A stretch of 59,195 nucleotides of DNA, the filler included, from Sphacelaria rigidula (Eukaryota), in the NCBI GenBank assembly GCA_964200075.2. It is 8 parts of 8 records of this genome, joined end to end, with 100 filler letters (N's around TTAATTAATTAA, not from the genome) between each part and the next. Parts side by side here need not be neighbours in the genome. Positions count along the whole stretch, not along the records: positions 51,885 to 59,195 come from CAXNAA020015502.1; 7 more parts are not named here. The stretch is one strand, 5' to 3'. The first letter of the stretch is position 1; each line of letters begins with the position of its first letter. Under the pieces are notes generated by a model. It was not told the origin of the DNA. It ran no database searches and saw nothing but the letters and a program-made list of their open reading frames with translations. Shown piece after piece: positions 52,195 through 59,195 of the stretch. The translations under genes were made by a program, and so were the position numbers.

Positions 52195-54761
52195 CTTGAG
52201 ATGCAGAAGGTTGTTGTCTCGAACGAGCCGCGCATTTTCTTTTTTGAGTGGGAAAAGCTGCGCCCGACTCAGGGCTAATTCTCCGGCAGTTTGCTCCTCC
52301 TGCCACAACCGCGGACCGAATAAAAAGGACGAAATCAAAAATAGGAATAGATGGGGGGGAAAAAAATGAGATCGATGAATAAAAAAGAAAGAAATGGAAA
52401 GAATGAAGTCAAAAATAGAGATAAACAAATAATAAGAGTGAAGATAATGAAATAGAAATACTTTTTGACAGCGGCGCAAAAAAAACGTTTTTCAAAACGA
52501 AAAAAAAAAATCATTTTTTTTTTTCCTCATCGCAACGGTAACGAAACGGGCGATAGATGCCATACAGAAAGGAGGAAGATATGCCGAAGAGGACGCTAAC
52601 TGCTTGCATGTTCATCAGCTATCTGATCGCTTTCTTCCCGAAACATCGACCACTAGATGCCGTAACTAATGTGATCAATCCATCAAATCAATCGGATCAA
52701 ATCTGCCGAGCACGTACCGTAGCATCATGCACACCACAAGCACGTCAAGTGGTCACCCTACCGTGATCCTACGACCACGGCATGCAAGATCATGAGTACA
52801 CCTCCCCACCATCTATATTTTGAAAGGGATGCGTGGTCAATGGTCAAACGACTGAGGTAAGCAAAATATCAGTGCACCCCTCCTTCCCCCTGGTCCGGCG
52901 AAACCCGGCGTGCTCCGTTCCGGCTTTGTAGGGATGCGAGGTCAGTGGCCATACGCATTTGACTACGGCATGCAAGATCATCAGTACAACCCCCCATAGA
53001 TCCCTGCTCCTTACCCTGGCAGACGCGAGGTCACGAATTCTATCGGCAAAGGCACCATCAATACATACGAGTCCACCCCTCGAAAACCTTCTGGCGGTTA
53101 GGTCGTAAGTTTCATTCCCGGTGAAAATCACGAGCTTTATTTTTCTCCCCTCACAATACGCCCAACAGTGGGAAAAAGTGATAATTCTGTGAGTGAAATA
53201 AATTTCTCCTCACTTTTTGCCCCGGTGGCTCAGTTGGTAATCTCGCAGCCTTTTGACGATTGGGTCGTGGGTTCGAATCTCGCGGCGATCTGCGATTTTT
53301 TGTCACCCAATGCCCAACGGTGTAGAGCGACCATGTCGTGGGTACATGAAATTTGACTTACCCTTTGGAAACCCTGCCCCCCCGTCCCCGATCCAGACGA
53401 CTCGTTATTTCAAGCGATGACAAAGAAGAAAAATTGGGAAAAGAGAATACCGACGACAACCATTTTTACGGCGGGAGAATCTACCGACGTACGTCATGCT
53501 TGCACCAAAAAAAATCGCCCCGGTGCGGCCGGGTTAGTTTTATCGAGTGAGGGGACGCACCGGGTCGAGTATGTTCAACTTCATGCACACAGCAAAACCA
53601 GCACCGCGGCCTCTGAGTATCATACAACAAAAATCAGCACCACCTGTATAATTTCTATATGTTTAGTCCCGCGTGGCACTGCGACACATGTTAATGTAGG
53701 TGGCGCACCCCACCGGAGTATTGTTGTGCTGCAGTCCGGAGTTCGTACCCGCCTAACACTTGGCAAGCGTGCTAAGCCACATCACAGAAACAAAGTAGTA
53801 CGGCCGAGCACACAGAAATCCCCTCACCACGCGTGGAAGGATTGAGATGCGATACGGTATTGACACGGTTCACCGCCAGTTGGAAGCGGTCGCGGGTCTG
53901 AGCAACACGCCTTGGGCAAAACAGTGGTGCTTGGAAGCTGCAAACAACCACCCATATGTTGTTCAAAAAACAGCACCTCGAGATCAGCACTTTTCCATTG
54001 CCAGCACCCAAAGGTTTAACCCCACGAGGGAACGGGATTGCTGAACCCCTCTCGCGATGAAAAAGAAAGGCAAACACCGCAGAAGGAAGGTGAAGGGGAA
54101 ACACAAAAAAAACTCATGTGTGATCTTTCCTCCTGTATGACCCCCCACTGGTGCGTCCATATACACCGGAGGGTGTTTCGTTGTTGTTGTTGCTGCTGCT
54201 GCTGTTATCTTCACATTAGGAATCGTTCCGATATATGCGCAGTACTCCGTACTGGTCATCTGATGCCGACAACTTCCGTGGTCACAGGCTAACCACCCAA
54301 AAATAGGGAATAATAAAGTCATACAAAAATAAAATAGGAACCAACGCAAATTGACATAGACGCGATACAAAATAAAACATAAACTGCCATCTTCATGAGC
54401 TCCAGGGCCGAAAGACGACCATTCGGACTACTACTAGAGGTAGCGCCCGACGGTCCCACTCAACACGTGAGGCAAGACAGAAGGTGTAGGCGTCCAGAAG
54501 AAATGGGTTGAAACACAAATCCCGCATATACCCCCTTCTAAAAGCACATCCGCTCACCCGCTGCGTGAGATCTTCGTAGCTCTCCGTCGTGGTCACCAAA
54601 TCCGCGAACAACCTCTCCACCAAAGCCAGAGACTCCTTCGTGAAAGGATCATGGTACTCCAGCGCCAGCAACTTCGCTCTCTGATCAGAAAGCCTCTTCT
54701 GCACGCTGCCTCTGGCGTCGTCATCCCCGAAACCGTCGCCACCCCGTGACGAGGTTTCCAT
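52195..54761 (-). CDS. CEP135: Centriolar cartwheel protein CEP135/BLD10, exons 1 (54761-54558) and 2 (52299-52195)
   Basis: RAKLLALEYHDPFTKESLALVERLFADLVTTTESYEDL|..QLFPLKKENARLVRDNNLLHLK matches the CEP135 N-terminus (RKRLDQLGY..LPLVEKLFSDLVHTTES..LEPYKLENARLSRENNELYLE); phase-0 GT/AG junctions. Confidence 0.88.
53219..53345 (+). mobile_element. tRNA-derived SINE head in CEP135 intron 1
   Basis: gccccggtggctcagttggtaa (A box)..gggttcgaatctc (B box), no intact acceptor stem, followed by the same body as the 41288 copy. Confidence 0.75.
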
Positions 54762-55658
54762 TGTTGTGTGAGGCGTGTTTTTCTTACTTCTTCCCTGTCT
54801 CGCATTAATGGCTCCCGTTCTTCCTTAAAGGGGGGGGAAACGTTCGCTAGTAGATCTTGAACATCCTGTGCTTATTTTTTTTTTGCTGTGTCCACAGAAG
54901 CCGGGGAGTGTGAATGGGGAGGGGGGGGGTAGTGCAAAATGTTACGAGTCAGGGTTTTGAGGGGTGTCATTTCGCCAGCTGCAATTATTCTTCCTGGTAT
55001 AGGGGATGTACTGATTGGTTTCCACTCGTTTCTGGAGTGAGATATCGGTTGGTTGATTGATTGATTGTTTCAAAAGTCGGACAAATCATCACTCGTTCAA
55101 AACACGGAATCTAAGATGTCTGGGGCCTGATTGATCGAAAGAGAGAATAAAGTTGGTCGCAGGACTAAGCTTTCTCCAGGCAATTGTTTACGCTATTTCA
55201 CATGTCTGGGGTGCGCGTACCTCAACCTGGGGTGCAGTGCAACGACGCTAGAAAAAAAAGCCCAAGATGGCTTGATTCGTAGGGTACAAATCAATTACTA
55301 TCCTTGTCAAACTGTTTTTCACACGAATCGTCGTCCGTCCCACCCCTTGGATTGTTTGATTCAATGAGTGGTCGCTTACATTGACCGATCCATCAGAAAT
55401 CCTGGCGCCCTAGGAAAGAGTCACGCTGCTTTCCTAGATCAGAAGTCCATTCTTGTTGCTGGCATGGAAGATGGATCTACTTATTGGTCGCCACTCGCTT
55501 CTGGAGTAAAATATCTACTGGTTGGGTCATTTTTCGTTAGATTGATTCTGTGCGTGCTCGTTTATATTGAGCGATACAGTATAGTGTAATAGTACAACAG
55601 TACCATCGGAATCCAGCCGTGGTCACCCGAGAGACGACTTCAAGGTCGTGAATGGACT

Positions 55659-55850
55659 GCTGGTATTAATTTAACAATTACAGTTAGAAAAGTTTTCCAA
55701 GGAATTGGGGTAGAACGAAAACATTTAATTCATTCTCCAAAACTTGAATCAATTCAGATAATAAAATCTTCACGGGCTCGTTTATCAAAATTATATTACC
55801 TTAGAAATTTTTCAGAAAAAAGAAGTTTAAAACCTCAATTTACAAAATAA
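55659..55850 (+). pseudogene. rpl19: NUPT: 3' portion of the plastid ribosomal protein L19 gene
   Basis: AT-rich island reading [63 protein letters not shown], with the L19 motifs TVRK..GIGVER..HSP..KLYYLR. Confidence 0.92.
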
Positions 55851-58800
55851 AAATATGCATCGGGATCACCCACCAAAGAAGGAGAATCGAGATCCACCGA
55901 GAAAGATGGAAAATACAGAAATGGGAAAATATACAGGACACACCGGCAACAACACAGGCTGACACACAGGCTGAGATCTACAGTACTGTGGTAACGATCC
56001 TAATAACACCCCCCCCCGACATGCTCCGTCTCGAAAGGGATGCGTGGTCAATGGTCAAATGACTAAGGCCAGCAACAATTAGGACGCCCTCCCCCCCCGC
56101 CCCCCGACAGGTCCCTGCCAGGGCTTCGTCGCTCCAGGGACTTCATAAAGAGTTCTTGGATCACATAGGGTGGTGGGCCGGCGCTTCTCTCTTTGTACAA
56201 GCATCACAGTACACAATAGCGACGCATATCAGGACATCGACCCAATTCTGACGTGCGTATATATATGTATATAATCATATGCTTCATCTATCCCACAAGT
56301 TAACCCTTTGGGAACCCACATACGTATGGAGACTGGGCCGCCTAAGAAGCGGACTTTCCTTCAGCTGGTTCTCACTGACGATCTATCGCGAGTTGTGCCT
56401 ACAATGACACATGGTGGTAATCTGCAAATCAACGCGCCTCTTTCACTTCAAGTAGCACTGCGATCTGACAAGCTCCCATCAAACGAAATACCAAACTGTA
56501 GTCAGCTGCGAAGTGTAGAGAGTTGAGGGTGGCATGTGCGGCGGAATTAGGGGGAAACAACGGCTGAAATCGCGTTGAAGGTTACAGTAGGTTGTGCCGC
56601 GGCCGCAACGTGATGGTGCTGCACTAGATATGGTTGTACAACAATGCATGTCACACTGTACGCGCACAGGGTCTAAGATGGCACGCAGACGAGACCTCCA
56701 GCGCCCCAAGGCGTCGGGCTTGTAGAAAACGGCAATGTTCCGGCTGAGGTTGTTGTACTCCAAAAGCAAATGAACCGGTTCTCGACAGAAAAACATGATT
56801 TCACTGCTCGTTTTCCATGAAATTTTGACACGATTTACATGGGGTATATGTGAAGCCCCTAGCGTTTGCCCCTCTTTTTTTTTGTCACGTTCGTTGTTGG
56901 TGATATAAATTTCGGAACAGTTTTATCTGGTACAAAAGCGTCGACAACTCATTGAAAACAACAATATATATCAAGGGGGGACAAAAGGGACTTCACAACA
57001 TACCTCATGCGCATCGTGTCAAAAAATTGTGAAAAAATACTTGAAATTGGACAGCATAACCGCGTTTCATTTTTTCGTGGCTGACCCATCTCTACGTAGG
57101 AACCAGTCTTGGACACGAACACGCGATTTAGCAGCTTAGTTTCTGGTCCTTTTCAATGAAATTTTGACACGATGTACAGGACGTATGTGCGAAGACGCCA
57201 CCTTCTGCCCCGTACCTATTTTTGTTTTCTTCGCGGTTTATCGGCGACCAAATATTTCAGAACAGTATATTTCGGAACAAAACCGCGAATAACTGCGAAC
57301 AAAAAATGTAGGGGGCAGAAATTGGAGTCTTCGTACATACGTCCTGTACATCGGCATCATTTTCAGTCAGGGATTCACAAAAATAATAATCGTCACTGGG
57401 TTCCCAAAGGGTTGACTGAATTACGGGGTGCAAATCATATCTCCCCAACGGTGGCGATGACCATGCGGTATGGTTGGCTTCACGGGGAAATTTATATTCC
57501 TCTTATACAAATTTTAGGTCAAAATATGCTCCTTTTTTGGCGCTTTTTCGAGAAATGTTTTGGAATTTTTGGGGCTGAGGAAGTATGGAACGGCATACGC
57601 AGAGGACGGGGACGTTGAAAATGGTGGTGAAGTATAATGAGGACGCCTTCAAAGCGGTTTGTGGCCCATCTAGCATCAAACCTCAATGACGACGAGGACG
57701 GCTAACTATTTCTCATTTTCAGTTTTTTCTCACGATTTTTCGCCTAGCTGGTAGGGGCGAAATGCGGCCGTTTTCAGGTTGATCTAGTTTTTTCGGCCCA
57801 TTGGTTACATGGTGAAACTGGAAGTGGGTTTGAAAAAAAAACCGTATCAAATGAAGGAAATAAAAACTAATGAAAATAACGATACAAGAAAACGGAAAAA
57901 AAACGGACACGGTCAAAGGCCTGTACGTACACAGCTCACCTACCTCATGTGTCACAGAAAGTATAGATTGATATACGCCGTGGTAATCCGTCAACGGAAG
58001 TCTAAGGCCAACTCTCGTGCTGCCTTATATATACTGTAGTAGGGGGTGAGGATATGATTTTATGTCAGCCAGGCCGCTTCTTATGGCCTTGAAAAAACCG
58101 TTCTGGAAAAACTCGGAAGAACGGTATCTTCTCGAAAATGCCTCCCATCAGGTATGATGCAACTGGCTTGACAGACAATGGAATGGATACATGGAGTGCA
58201 CCTATGGGGTTGAAGCTCATGAGAGTAGAGCGATGCGTGCACTGCGCCAAGTTGAGACGAGTTCTAGTGAGTTGGACCCCCGCACTTGCCTCGCCTACCC
58301 CACACGACTGCCGCGAGGCGGTCTGGTCGAGCCTCCGGGCAATCGGTACACGAACCCACTTGCGGGGTAAGTATTGGGTGAGATTCCCCCCTTCCTCCAA
58401 AAAAAAAAAAAAAAATGGAGTGTACCGGCACACAGTAGTGTACGGTACAGTGCAGCCAGTGGCGCTGTGCAATAGTAGACACAAGTGCAGCAGACAGCTA
58501 GAAAATCTGTACAAGCGCACAGTCACGGACACCAGCAGCATACTCTACGACACATGCAGAACAGCAGCAAAGATGGAGCACCGTACCCTAGATGCAATAA
58601 TTGGTTGGGCTGCGGCCGTACAGACAGTAAGTAGCTGCCGACAGCCGGACAACAGAGCGGCCGCTGCTTCGTTCCCGAACTTGATGATAGCAAGTACAAC
58701 GCGGGAGAGCACCGCTATCTTGGTCTAAATTTCGCTAGTACTCCTTTTGTCAGTCTTGACAAACGGATTTGAAAACTGTTGTCGAGAACAACTGTCGAGG

Positions 58801-59195
58801 AAGGTCATCGCCCAATTTTTTTCCAGCGTCTTCTTTCGGACCGTAAGGTTTCTTCTTGCGCTATTGATACGAAAAAAGCTCCTTCCCTCGAATCCAATTT
58901 TAGCAATTGAGCGCCGCTCTTCGCCGGAATATGGAACTTGGCGGATTATGCCACATTGGGCAGAACTTACCGTGGTCTCCGAGAGGATTCTAGCGCACCT
59001 TTTTCACCCCCTGGGCAGTAGACAACAACGGCAAAAATTATACTGCGAACAGTATCGAACCAATCGTCTACTTTTCCGCAAAAAGTGTACTGAGAACAGA
59101 ACGTAATCTGACATCTTGTCTAATGCAATGTTCCAAGGGTCGGACAAATAATGATTCGTCTGAAAATTACTTGGTTCTAAAATCATGAATCGACT

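Noticed and set aside
53219..53292. Functional tRNA gene
   Set aside because: A and B boxes are present but the acceptor stem does not pair, and the sequence runs into a repeat body shared with 41288
58065..58728. Overlapping 158-aa and 196-aa ORFs
   Set aside because: Both run through a homopolymer tract and show no identifiable domain

Overview
This is eukaryotic nuclear DNA, not one locus. Eight unrelated contigs (7313, 7313, 7312, 7312, 7312, 7311, 7311, 7311 bp, sorted by length) are joined by artificial 100-bp spacers (44N-TTAATTAATTAA-44N), so adjacency across spacers has no biological meaning. Short exons in long repeat-filled introns, a red-lineage plastid rpl19 insertion, TTAGGG motifs and a centriole gene suggest a brown alga or related ochrophyte (inference). 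Gene fragments: kinesin-1-like neck/stalk exons, CEP135/BLD10 exons 1-2, a probable YME1/FtsH4-like first exon, a 3-exon coiled-coil gene, a membrane/secreted first exon, and a degraded, apparently tandemly duplicated secreted HExxH (M12B/reprolysin-like) metalloprotease. Mobile DNA: a LINE RT remnant, a Ty3/Gypsy element fused directly to an antisense Ty1/Copia fragment, a tRNA-headed SINE, several MITEs (one carrying telomere-like repeats) and a 2.8-kb hierarchical array built from a TIR element. A mitochondrial cob insertion (NUMT) and a plastid rpl19 insertion (NUPT) are present. I cannot demonstrate a complete novel system. The best leads are the atypical Gypsy element (RS-rich Gag, W-for-Y RT motifs), the tandem metalloprotease, the telomere-motif MITE and the transposon-derived higher-order repeat. 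All family calls are from motif recognition by eye, without database searches.
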